A DNA stretch of 64,000 nucleotides, taken from an uncultured Eubacteriales bacterium (lineage in GTDB: Bacteria > Bacillota > Clostridia > Lachnospirales > CAZQDT01). The DNA is taken from NCBI GenBank assembly GCA_964638835.1, contig CAZWZB010000002.1, positions 19,785 through 83,784 on the forward strand, given 5' to 3'. Shown in pieces: positions 36,199 to 44,668 of the stretch (positions within the stretch are counted from its first letter, which is position 1; each line of letters opens with the position of its first letter). Made by a program: the position numbers and the translations under genes. Below the pieces are notes generated by a model. It did no database searches, had not been told where the DNA came from, and was given only the letters and a program-made list of their open reading frames with translations.

Positions 36199-38082
36199 TT
36201 ATATATTTAAGGCTGAACGTTTTTCTAATATAATCGCCTCTAAAATATCGGCAGATTGTTTTGCATCACTATTTATTATAACTTGACCTCCAGTTAAAGC
36301 TTTCATATCTTCAGTAAGAACTTTTGTAACAAGTTTACTTCCTGTAACGAAAGGTGGTAATCCTAAGTGTAATGGTAAACCTAAGGCTAAACCAAAAGCA
36401 CCATCTGCAAGTGCTTGTTCTTCTAACCATTGAGCAGCTGATAATACAAGAGGAAGTTGTGGTATATCTATACCAATTGCTTCTGCTAATTCAGTAGCAA
36501 CTATTTCTAAACGTCCTATTGCTAAACATGGACCAAAGTTTAATACAGGAGGAATACCTAGTTTTTCACAAATAGCTCTTAATTTTGGACCTGCAAATTT
36601 ACTTGCCTCTTTAGTCATTAAACCACAATTTTCTAAACCACCTGATGAACAACCAGCAGAGAGTACTAAAATATCTCTAGATATTAATTCTTTTGTTAAT
36701 TCTACTGTAAGAACATCATGTCCACCTGCTGTAAGATTTGAACAACCAACTACACCAGCAACCCCCTTTATTTCTCCTGATACAATTAAATCAATAAGAG
36801 GTTTCCAAGTATTGCCTAAAAATTGTTTTAATGAAGTTTCACTAACTCCAGTAAGTGTATTTTTATTTCCGTGGTCTTCAAGTAAATTAAGTGGTACATT
36901 TCCACGTCTTTCCTTATATGCTTCAATAATTTCATCTATTATTTCATTACTAAGTTGTTCTCTGTTTTCAAATACAAATGGTTTAAGTGTAGCATTTTGT
37001 TTTTTAGCAACATCATCTAAACAAATTTGTTTTATTTTTAATTCATCACAAATTGGTTCAATACCTGGAAGTGTACAATTAAATTCAGATAATACAGCAT
37101 CAATTGCACCAGTTGCTAAAACTGCTTCACTTGTATAGTTATTGCCAGCATGACCATCAAATATTTCTGTGTAATGTGTTCCTCTAAGTTGTAAATCTTG
37201 TCCGACACAAGTACAACCAACTAATTTAAATCCTTTTGCACCAACTGCTTTTGCTTTTTCAATAACATCTTTATCTATTAACCTATCTTGTAGGTGGGCA
37301 AACATTGAGTGTTGATGACCAGTAATCATAATATTTATGTAATCAGGATTAATAACATTTAATCCTACAGGAGCTTCTCTTAATTCTGGTTCGCCTAATA
37401 ATACATCATTTAAAAGATTAGTTAAAGTTAAACCATATACTCCAGTAGAAATACCAAGTTTTAAACAATTTAATAACATATCAACAGGGTCTGAATTTAA
37501 ATTTGTAGAACATTTAACAACTCCTGCAAATACTTCAGACTTAGCTCCACCCGGCAATATACCTAATTCTTGCCACTTTTTAAAACGAGGAGCATAAACT
37601 ATTTTTTCAAGTAACTCCATTTTTTCATATTCTGGTTTGTATAAATCTTTTAAAACCAAATCAGCAACTAAAAGTGCTTTTTCATATTTATCAGTAGCTT
37701 TTATATCAAATAATTCACATAAATGATTAAGAGCATTTTCTCCTTTAATATTTCCTTTTGCTAAAGCAGTATTTTTTAAATTTAGGGCAGTGTTTTCAAT
37801 TACATGAATATAACAACCAGAACCTGATGCAACAGCTCTTAAAAAGTTTCTAGCTACTATAGTATCTGCTGTAGCTCCACATATTCCCCTTGGTGCGTTA
37901 GGTGTTATACGGCATGGGCCATTTGAACATAAACGACAACAAACACCTTGAAGTCCAAAACCACATTTTGTACTTTGAGTTGAAACTCTATGGTGAGATG
38001 TTTCCATATCAAGTGATGCAATAAAATTTTCTAAAGGTTTGTCTGCACTTTTGCAAGTAACACAATTACTACAAGTATTCAT
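36199..38082 (-). CDS. cooS: Anaerobic Ni-Fe carbon-monoxide dehydrogenase, catalytic subunit
   Basis: N-terminal 'CGFGLQGVCCRLCSNGPCR' holds the B/D-cluster cysteines. 'ITGHQHS', 'GCTCVG' and 'GPCLAIGRL' blocks are typical of CooS. Confidence 0.93.
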   Translation of the reverse strand: MNTCSNCVTCKSADKPLENFIASLDMETSHHRVSTQSTKCGFGLQGVCCRLCSNGPCRITPNAPRGICGATADTIVARNFLRAVASGSGCYIHVIENTALNLKNTALAKGNIKGENALNHLCELFDIKATDKYEKALLVADLVLKDLYKPEYEKMELLEKIVYAPRFKKWQELGILPGGAKSEVFAGVVKCSTNLNSDPVDMLLNCLKLGISTGVYGLTLTNLLNDVLLGEPELREAPVGLNVINPDYINIMITGHQHSMFAHLQDRLIDKDVIEKAKAVGAKGFKLVGCTCVGQDLQLRGTHYTEIFDGHAGNNYTSEAVLATGAIDAVLSEFNCTLPGIEPICDELKIKQICLDDVAKKQNATLKPFVFENREQLSNEIIDEIIEAYKERRGNVPLNLLEDHGNKNTLTGVSETSLKQFLGNTWKPLIDLIVSGEIKGVAGVVGCSNLTAGGHDVLTVELTKELISRDILVLSAGCSSGGLENCGLMTKEASKFAGPKLRAICEKLGIPPVLNFGPCLAIGRLEIVATELAEAIGIDIPQLPLVLSAAQWLEEQALADGAFGLALGLPLHLGLPPFVTGSKLVTKVLTEDMKALTGGQVIINSDAKQSADILEAIILEKRSALNI

Positions 38083-38092
38083 AAAATTCCTC

Positions 38093-38500
38093 CTAGTTTT
38101 TTTTATTAAGAATATTATATAAAGAATTATTAGATAATTCTTTAATTAATATATTTTGTACTCTATTTAATTCTTTGTTGACTCTACATCTATTTGAATT
38201 ACAATTGTTTGGACATTTATAATTTATATCCATACATTCATTTATCCAAAGTTTATCTTCAACAGCTTTAATTATATCAAGCAAATAAGTTTTTTTTAAA
38301 TCGCAAGATAAACTATAACCACCATTCACACCTCTTGTAATTTCAACAATATTATTTTTGCTTAGTTTTTTTAAAATTTTGTAAGTAAATTGTGAAGGAA
38401 TATTCTCTATTTCACAAATTTGCTTTACATTTAATTTATTATGAATAAACAAAGCTCTTATCATACGTAACGCATAATCTGTTTCTCTATTAATTAACAA
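38093..38500 (-). CDS. Rrf2-family transcriptional regulator with a Cys-rich C-terminus
   Basis: TTG start. 'RETDYALRMIRAL' and the wHTH 'ITRGVNGGYSL'. Five Cys lie in 'NECMDINYKCPNNCNSNRCRV'. Confidence 0.85.
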   Translation of the reverse strand: MLINRETDYALRMIRALFIHNKLNVKQICEIENIPSQFTYKILKKLSKNNIVEITRGVNGGYSLSCDLKKTYLLDIIKAVEDKLWINECMDINYKCPNNCNSNRCRVNKELNRVQNILIKELSNNSLYNILNKKN

Positions 38501-38655
38501 TTACTCACAACTCCTAATTAAATATTGTTAAGTGTATTATAACAATACTAGATAAAAATTGTCAAGTATTCTTTATATTAATTTTTATATATTGCTAACA
38601 AAAGAATTAAAATAAAAATGATAAATATTTAAAAAAGTTAGTTTAAAAATAAAAG

Positions 38656-38687
38656 TTGGTTCGCACTTAAAATTAAGTGCGAACCAA
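38656..38687 (-). terminator. Terminator of the TPR-TPR-AAA operon (CGCACTT...AAGTGCG family)
   Basis: TTGGTTCGCACTT-aaaatt-AAGTGCGAACCAA, T-rich downstream on the minus strand. Confidence 0.7.
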
Positions 38688-38720
38688 TATTAATTTCTAA
38701 TAACTCAATATAAAATAATT

Positions 38721-39968
38721 TTATAAAAATTTTTTATTATCAAGTAAATATTTTTCTACATCATCATAATAACTAGCTTGATTAGAATATTTTACATATG
38801 TAGAAATAGTACGAAGCCATTCAATAGTAGTAGGATTAAAATTTTTTAATGTTTCCATTAATACTTTTTGATTTATTTTCAAATTTTCATTTCCTGTGTT
38901 TATAATTTCTTCTAAAACAATTTCTGTAGCATGTTCTACTACGTTTTCAATATCTGCTCCTGAAAAAAATTCACTTTCTTGTGCAAGTTTTTTATAATCA
39001 ATATTTTCACAAGGTCTATCTTCCATTTTTAATTTAAATATAATTTCTCTTGCTTTTACATCAGGTGGATGAACGAAGATTGAACGGTCAAATCTTCCCG
39101 GACGTCTTAATGCATTATCAACATCCCAAGGCATATTTGTTGCTCCAATAATAAGAATTTTATCTGTGTTAGAATCGATGCCTTCTATTTCTGTTAAAAG
39201 AGTATCCACAATTGAATGAACACTATTAACAGAAGTTTTACTACGATTATAGCCTAAAGTATCTATTTCATCAAAAAATAATATACAAGGTTTTTTTTGA
39301 CGAGCTGTATCAAAAATATTTTTTAGATTCTGTTCACTTTGTCCAAAATAAGGGTCAAGTATGTCCGATATTTTAACAGAACGAAAAAAAGCATTACATT
39401 CTCCAGCTGTAGCTTTAGCAATAAAAGTTTTACCACAACCCGGAGGACCAAAAAGTAAAAGACCTCCTCCTGCTTTTTTCTTAAATTTTAGAAATAATTC
39501 AGGATTAGTGAATGGTTTTATAATTTTCATAGAAATAATATTTTTTATATTTTCAAGTCCACCAACATCTTTAAAACTAATGATATCTTTTTCTTCTTTA
39601 TAAGAATTAGAACTAGAATTAAGTCCACCAGATAAAACTTTAAAATTACCTTTTTCTATTTGCACATCTTCTTTTACATCTTCAATATTATCAAATTGTT
39701 CATCTTCTTCTATATCTTCAATATCATCAAATTGTTCATCTTCGTTTATATCTTCATTAGTTTTTACTAGAAAAGAAGTAATTTCTGAAATTTCTTTTAA
39801 AATCACATTTGCCAAATCACTTTCAGCAAATGGAAGAGCTTTTGTTAAAGTTTCTAAAGATTTTTGGTGCATATTTAATTTTTTATATTCAGATGCTAAT
39901 AAAAATAATGTTTTGCTATCATTAGGCGAATGCATTAATATTCGTTCTAAAAGTGTAATTGCATCCAT
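38721..39968 (-). CDS. Classical-clade AAA ATPase with a short N-terminal TPR/MIT-like helical domain and an acidic repeat linker
   Basis: Walker A 'GPPGCGKTF', Walker B 'ILFFDEID', pore loop 'PYFGQSE', SRH 'ATNMPWDVDNALRRPGRFDR'. The N-terminal 70 aa are helical, followed by 'EDEQFDDIEDIEEDEQFDNIEDVKED'. AAGGAG RBS 13 nt after the upstream stop. Confidence 0.85.
   Translation of the reverse strand: MDAITLLERILMHSPNDSKTLFLLASEYKKLNMHQKSLETLTKALPFAESDLANVILKEISEITSFLVKTNEDINEDEQFDDIEDIEEDEQFDNIEDVKEDVQIEKGNFKVLSGGLNSSSNSYKEEKDIISFKDVGGLENIKNIISMKIIKPFTNPELFLKFKKKAGGGLLLFGPPGCGKTFIAKATAGECNAFFRSVKISDILDPYFGQSEQNLKNIFDTARQKKPCILFFDEIDTLGYNRSKTSVNSVHSIVDTLLTEIEGIDSNTDKILIIGATNMPWDVDNALRRPGRFDRSIFVHPPDVKAREIIFKLKMEDRPCENIDYKKLAQESEFFSGADIENVVEHATEIVLEEIINTGNENLKINQKVLMETLKNFNPTTIEWLRTISTYVKYSNQASYYDDVEKYLLDNKKFL
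39678..39743 (-). repeat. 36-nt tandem duplication encoding the acidic linker
   Basis: ATCTTCAATAT(T/C)ATCAAATTGTTCATCTTC occurs twice, spaced by TTCTAT. Confidence 0.85.
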
Positions 39969-39981
39969 ATTTTATACTCCT

Positions 39982-41580
39982 TTATTTTAATAATTTTAAT
40001 ATTTTTTGTAACCATGAAAGACTTTTAGTTTCTTTAAAAGAATTTTTTGCATAATTTATACATTCTTTTAATTCTTCATCATTAGGGTTTATTTTTAAAG
40101 CTTTATTAAAAAATTCAATAGCCATTTTATAATCATTATACTTTGTATATGTATGACCTAAAAAAGTATATACTTTTAATGTTTCAGCTTTATTGTTTTC
40201 AAATTGTAATACATTGTTTAATAAGTTCACTTCTTTATTTTTGTCATTTGATTTTACTGTATATGCATAACCTAAAGAAGTAGATACTTTTGATATTTCA
40301 ACTTCATTGTTTTGAAGTTTTAATATATTGTTTAATAAGTTCACTTCTTTATCTTTATCATTTGAAAATGTATGAATAACAAAATAAAATTCCCATAATG
40401 TATTAGTATTCTCTGGTTCAAGTTCTATGGCTTTATTAAGATTATCCATACCTTCTTCCTTATTGCCCAAAGCATATAAAGTTTTACCATATCCCGAAAT
40501 ACCTTCAATATCATTAGGTTTATTTTTAAGATAATTTTCATACACTACTTTAGCTTTTATATATTCTTTTCTATTAAAATGTATTTTAGCTATTAAATTT
40601 ATTATTCTACTAAAGTAAGAAAAAGATATATTTTCTCCTTTATTATTTACTATAATACCTATATGATCATTTATGGATAAATGGCTTACTAATTCATTAG
40701 CTATTTTTAAAGCTTTATCATAATAATCATCCAAATTAGAACCTAATATAAAATAACTATATGCTAAATAATATTTTGCATATATATCACTAGGTATTGT
40801 TTTTAATATTTCTAAACATATATTAATTATTTCATTATAATTACCATTAATTTGATGAAACATAATAAGTTCTATTTTTTCTTTTTTTTCTTTAGAATAA
40901 TTTATTGCTACAATTAATCTATCTATATGTTCGATTAATGACTTATTTGTAGGATTTATTTGAATTGCTTTTTTATAAAACTCTAGTGCATTTTCATAAT
41001 CTAAATATTTAGAATAAGTGTTTGCAAAATAGATATACATTTTAAATAAATGCTGTCCAAATCCTAACATTTTGTTAAGTAAACTTAATTCATATTCTTT
41101 ATTCATTGAAAATTCACTAAAACCTATGTAAACATCAGATAATATATAATAGTTATTTGGTTCGAGTTCCATAGCTTTTTCATATTGAATTTTAGCTTCT
41201 TTTTCTTGTCCCAATCCATATAACGCCTTACCATATCCAGAAATAGCTTTTGCATAATTTGGTTCTTTGGAAAGCAAGTCTTCATATATTAATTTTGATT
41301 TTAAATATTCGCCTTGTTCAAAATATATATTCCCCATTAAATCCATAATATTTTTACTAAATTTACTATTTATTAATTCATAACATAATTCAAGAGATTT
41401 ATTATTGTAATCTGTGTAATCTAAATTATAATAAAGAGATGCTAATAAATATTTAGCATTAATATCTTCTGGATATTCTGATAATATTTCAAAACAAATA
41501 TCTATTGCTTTTTGATAATTTTGTATTCCTTCATAATGTTGAGCAAGAGCATATTTTTTATTTAGTGCTTCTTCGTTCAT
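39982..41580 (-). CDS. All-TPR repeat protein, paralogue 1 (532 aa)
   Basis: Repeated 34-aa TPR-like units (e.g. 'GNIYFEQGEYLKSKLIYEDLLSKEPNYAKAISGYGKALYGLGQEKEAKIQYEKAMELEPNN'). No signal peptide or TM helix. Confidence 0.8.
   Translation of the reverse strand: MNEEALNKKYALAQHYEGIQNYQKAIDICFEILSEYPEDINAKYLLASLYYNLDYTDYNNKSLELCYELINSKFSKNIMDLMGNIYFEQGEYLKSKLIYEDLLSKEPNYAKAISGYGKALYGLGQEKEAKIQYEKAMELEPNNYYILSDVYIGFSEFSMNKEYELSLLNKMLGFGQHLFKMYIYFANTYSKYLDYENALEFYKKAIQINPTNKSLIEHIDRLIVAINYSKEKKEKIELIMFHQINGNYNEIINICLEILKTIPSDIYAKYYLAYSYFILGSNLDDYYDKALKIANELVSHLSINDHIGIIVNNKGENISFSYFSRIINLIAKIHFNRKEYIKAKVVYENYLKNKPNDIEGISGYGKTLYALGNKEEGMDNLNKAIELEPENTNTLWEFYFVIHTFSNDKDKEVNLLNNILKLQNNEVEISKVSTSLGYAYTVKSNDKNKEVNLLNNVLQFENNKAETLKVYTFLGHTYTKYNDYKMAIEFFNKALKINPNDEELKECINYAKNSFKETKSLSWLQKILKLLK
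40138..40365 (-). repeat. 2 x 114-nt tandem duplication within TPR paralogue 1
   Basis: Encodes 'SNDKDKEVNLLNNILKLQNNEVEISKVSTSLGYAYTVK' followed by 'SNDKNKEVNLLNNVLQFENNKAETLKVYTFLGHTYTKY'. Paralogue 2 has a single unit. Confidence 0.85.
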
Positions 41581-41653
41581 ACTAAACTATCCTTTCTTAA
41601 TATAATAAAGTAATACTATATTTAAACTCAAAAAACTATTAGTAAATGTAAAG

Positions 41654-43153
41654 TTATCTTAATAAGTTTAATATTTTCCTAAATATTGAAAAACCCTTAG
41701 GTTTATCAGAATAATTTTTCATATTACTTTTAGCATAATTCATACAATTTTTTAATTCTTCATTATCAGGGTTTATTTTTAAAGCTTCATTAAAAAATTC
41801 ACTAGCCATTTTATAATCCTTATATTTTGTATATGTATGACCTAAATAAGTATATACTCTACATATTTCAAATTTATTACTTTCAAGTTTTAATATAGTA
41901 TTCAATAATTCTATTTCCTTATCTTTATCATGTGAAAAGAAATAAATAGTAGAATAAAAATCCCATAATATAGTAATATTATCAGACTCAAGTTCTAGTG
42001 CTTTATTAAGATTAATTATTCCCTGCTCTTTATTACCTAAAGCATATAATACTCGACCATATCCTGCAATAGATTCAACATCATTAGGATGATTTTTGAG
42101 ATGATTTTCATAAAGTATTTTAGCCTCTGTATATTCTTCTTTATAAAAGTTTATTCTGCCTATTAAATTTATAATTCTATTGAAATAAAAAAATTCACTC
42201 TGTTCTACCCCATTAACTATTTCAATGCCTGTCTGAGTAAGTATTGAAGTATTATTTACTAAATCATTAGCTATTTCCATAGCTTTGTCATAATAATCAA
42301 AACCTAATGCAAAATAACTATACATTAAACAATATCTTATATGAATATCATCAGGTATTATTTCCAACATTTTTAAACATATATTAATTATTTCAGCATA
42401 ATTATTATTTTTTTGATAATATACAATAAGTTTTCTTTTTTCTTCTATCTCTTTAGAATGATTCATTTGTATAATTATTCTATCTGCAGCTTCAATTAAT
42501 GGTTTATATGTAGGATTTATTTGAATTGCTTTTTTATTAAATTTTAGTGCATTTTCATAATCTAAATATTTATAATAAGTATTTGCAAAATGCACATATA
42601 TTCTAAACAAATCTCCTCCAAATTCCAATATTCTACTAAGTAAATTTAGTTCATATTCTTTATCCATTGAAAACTTATGAAATCCTATATAAATATCAGA
42701 TAATATAAAATAACTATTGGGTTCAAGTTCCATAGCTTTTTCATATTGAATTTTAGCTTCTTTTTCTTGTCCTAATGCATGTAATGCTTTACCATATGAA
42801 GAAATAGCTTCAGCATAATTTGGTTCTTTAGAAAGCAAATCTTCATATGTTAATCTGGATTTTAAATATTCACCTTGTTCAAAATATATATTTCCCATTA
42901 AATTCATGATGTTTTTACTATATTTACTATTTATTAATTTACAACATAATTCAAGAGATTTATTATAATAATCTTTTGTAGTATCTGTATAATGTAAATC
43001 ATAATAAACAAATGCCAATACACATTTAGCATAGAGGTCTTCTGGATATTCTGATAATATTTCAAAACAAACATCCATTGCTTTTTGATAATTCTGTATA
43101 TTTTGATAATGCTCAGCAAGTTTATATTTTTTATTTAATATATCTTCTTCCAC
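41654..43153 (-). CDS. All-TPR repeat protein, paralogue 2 (499 aa)
   Basis: GTG start after an ATGAGGAA RBS. Collinear with paralogue 1, and well over half the residues are identical by eye. Confidence 0.8.
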   Translation of the reverse strand: MEEDILNKKYKLAEHYQNIQNYQKAMDVCFEILSEYPEDLYAKCVLAFVYYDLHYTDTTKDYYNKSLELCCKLINSKYSKNIMNLMGNIYFEQGEYLKSRLTYEDLLSKEPNYAEAISSYGKALHALGQEKEAKIQYEKAMELEPNSYFILSDIYIGFHKFSMDKEYELNLLSRILEFGGDLFRIYVHFANTYYKYLDYENALKFNKKAIQINPTYKPLIEAADRIIIQMNHSKEIEEKRKLIVYYQKNNNYAEIINICLKMLEIIPDDIHIRYCLMYSYFALGFDYYDKAMEIANDLVNNTSILTQTGIEIVNGVEQSEFFYFNRIINLIGRINFYKEEYTEAKILYENHLKNHPNDVESIAGYGRVLYALGNKEQGIINLNKALELESDNITILWDFYSTIYFFSHDKDKEIELLNTILKLESNKFEICRVYTYLGHTYTKYKDYKMASEFFNEALKINPDNEELKNCMNYAKSNMKNYSDKPKGFSIFRKILNLLR

Positions 43154-43344
43154 AATAATCGTTCCTCATTTATAAATTTATTTTAATTATATCATATTTT
43201 AATTAAAACTACTATACTAAACGATATCTTAGATAATTAAAAGTGAAAATATTATATACTTAAAAAATTGGAGGGTTTATAAAAAGATAGATTTTGTTAT
43301 AAAATTAATGGTTATATATTAAATCAGATAAAAAATTTAAAATT

Positions 43345-43384
43345 AAAGTTGTGTCGCACTTCGTACGAAGTGCGACACAACTTT
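43345..43384. other. 19-bp perfect hairpin (GTTGTGTCGCACT family) upstream of the TPR operon
   Basis: AAAGTTGTGTCGCACTTCG-ta-CGAAGTGCGACACAACTTT. The same 13-bp stem core recurs at 51008-51047. Confidence 0.8.
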
Positions 43385-43571
43385 AAATTAAAAAATACTA
43401 ATAAAAAATATTTTTTTACTATTATAAAAACTCTCACATTTCAAAATAATTTCTTAATATATGTTTAATTTTAATTAATCACTCTCAAAAAGTTTATTTT
43501 ACTATTGTAATATAGAAAATAATGTTATAAAATATATAAGGTTATATTATAAATTGTAAAGGAGAGTTTTT

Positions 43572-44621
43572 ATGGAAATTCTTAAAGAAAATTTCGGAAA
43601 GACAAATGAAGGTTTAGATGTAAGTTTATTTACTTTGAGTAATTCAAGCATGAAAGTTAAAATTATTAATTATGGAGGTATAATAGTTTCATTGTTAGTA
43701 CCTGATAAAACAGGTAAATTAATAGATGTAGTTTTAGGATATGATTCTATGGAACAATATAGCAAAAATACGCCATACTTTGGTGCATTAATAGGACGCT
43801 TTTGTAACAGAATTAAATCAGGTAAATTTTTAATTGATGGAGTAGAATATCAAGTAGCACTTAATGATAATGGTATAAATCATTTACATGGAGGAATTAA
43901 AGGTTTTAACGCTAAATTATGGAATGCTGAAATAATCGAAAAAGGATTAGAACTTACATACTTTAGTAAAGATGGTGAAGAAAATTATCCGGGAAATGTT
44001 AATGTTAAAGTTATATATTCTTTATCTGATGATAATGAATTAAAAATAGAATATTTTGCTGTTTCGGATAAAGCAACTTTAATAAACTTAACAAACCATT
44101 CTTATTTTAATATTAATGGACATAATTCAGGTAATGTATTAAATCAAAAAGTATGGATTGATGCAGATAGTTTTACAAGAACAGATGAAACTAGTATACC
44201 TACTGGTGAATTTACAAATGTAAAAGGAACACCTTTTGACTTTACAACCGAAACAAATATAGGTGCTAGAATAAATAATAATTATGACCAATTACAATGG
44301 GCGAGAGGATATGACCATAATTTTGTTTTAAATAAAAATAAAGATGAATTAAAAAAGGTTGCCTCTGTATATTCAGATGAAACAGAAATAGTTATGGAAG
44401 TATCAACAACTTCATTAGGACTTCAATTATATACAGCTAATTATTTAAATGGTGATTTAGGAAAAGAAAAGGCTGTATATAACAAAAATCAAGCAGTGTG
44501 TTTTGAAACTCAATATTTTCCTAATTGTATAAACATACCTCAATTTGAAAGTTGTTTATTTAAAGCTAATGAAGAATATAATCATACTACTATATATAAG
44601 TTTTCACTTAGAAAAAATTAA
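43572..44621 (+). CDS. galM: Aldose 1-epimerase (galactose mutarotase)
   Basis: 'GRFCNRI', 'NHLHGGIKGF', 'TNHSYFNI' and 'CFETQYFPN' are the mutarotase signature blocks. Confidence 0.9.
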   Translation: MEILKENFGKTNEGLDVSLFTLSNSSMKVKIINYGGIIVSLLVPDKTGKLIDVVLGYDSMEQYSKNTPYFGALIGRFCNRIKSGKFLIDGVEYQVALNDNGINHLHGGIKGFNAKLWNAEIIEKGLELTYFSKDGEENYPGNVNVKVIYSLSDDNELKIEYFAVSDKATLINLTNHSYFNINGHNSGNVLNQKVWIDADSFTRTDETSIPTGEFTNVKGTPFDFTTETNIGARINNNYDQLQWARGYDHNFVLNKNKDELKKVASVYSDETEIVMEVSTTSLGLQLYTANYLNGDLGKEKAVYNKNQAVCFETQYFPNCINIPQFESCLFKANEEYNHTTIYKFSLRKN

Positions 44622-44640
44622 TTTAATATAATTAAAATAA

Positions 44641-44668
44641 AAAAAGGCTTAGATAAGCCTTTTTTTTA
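44641..44668. terminator. Bidirectional terminator between convergent genes
   Basis: AAAAAGGCTTA-gat-AAGCCTTTTTTTT. Confidence 0.75.
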
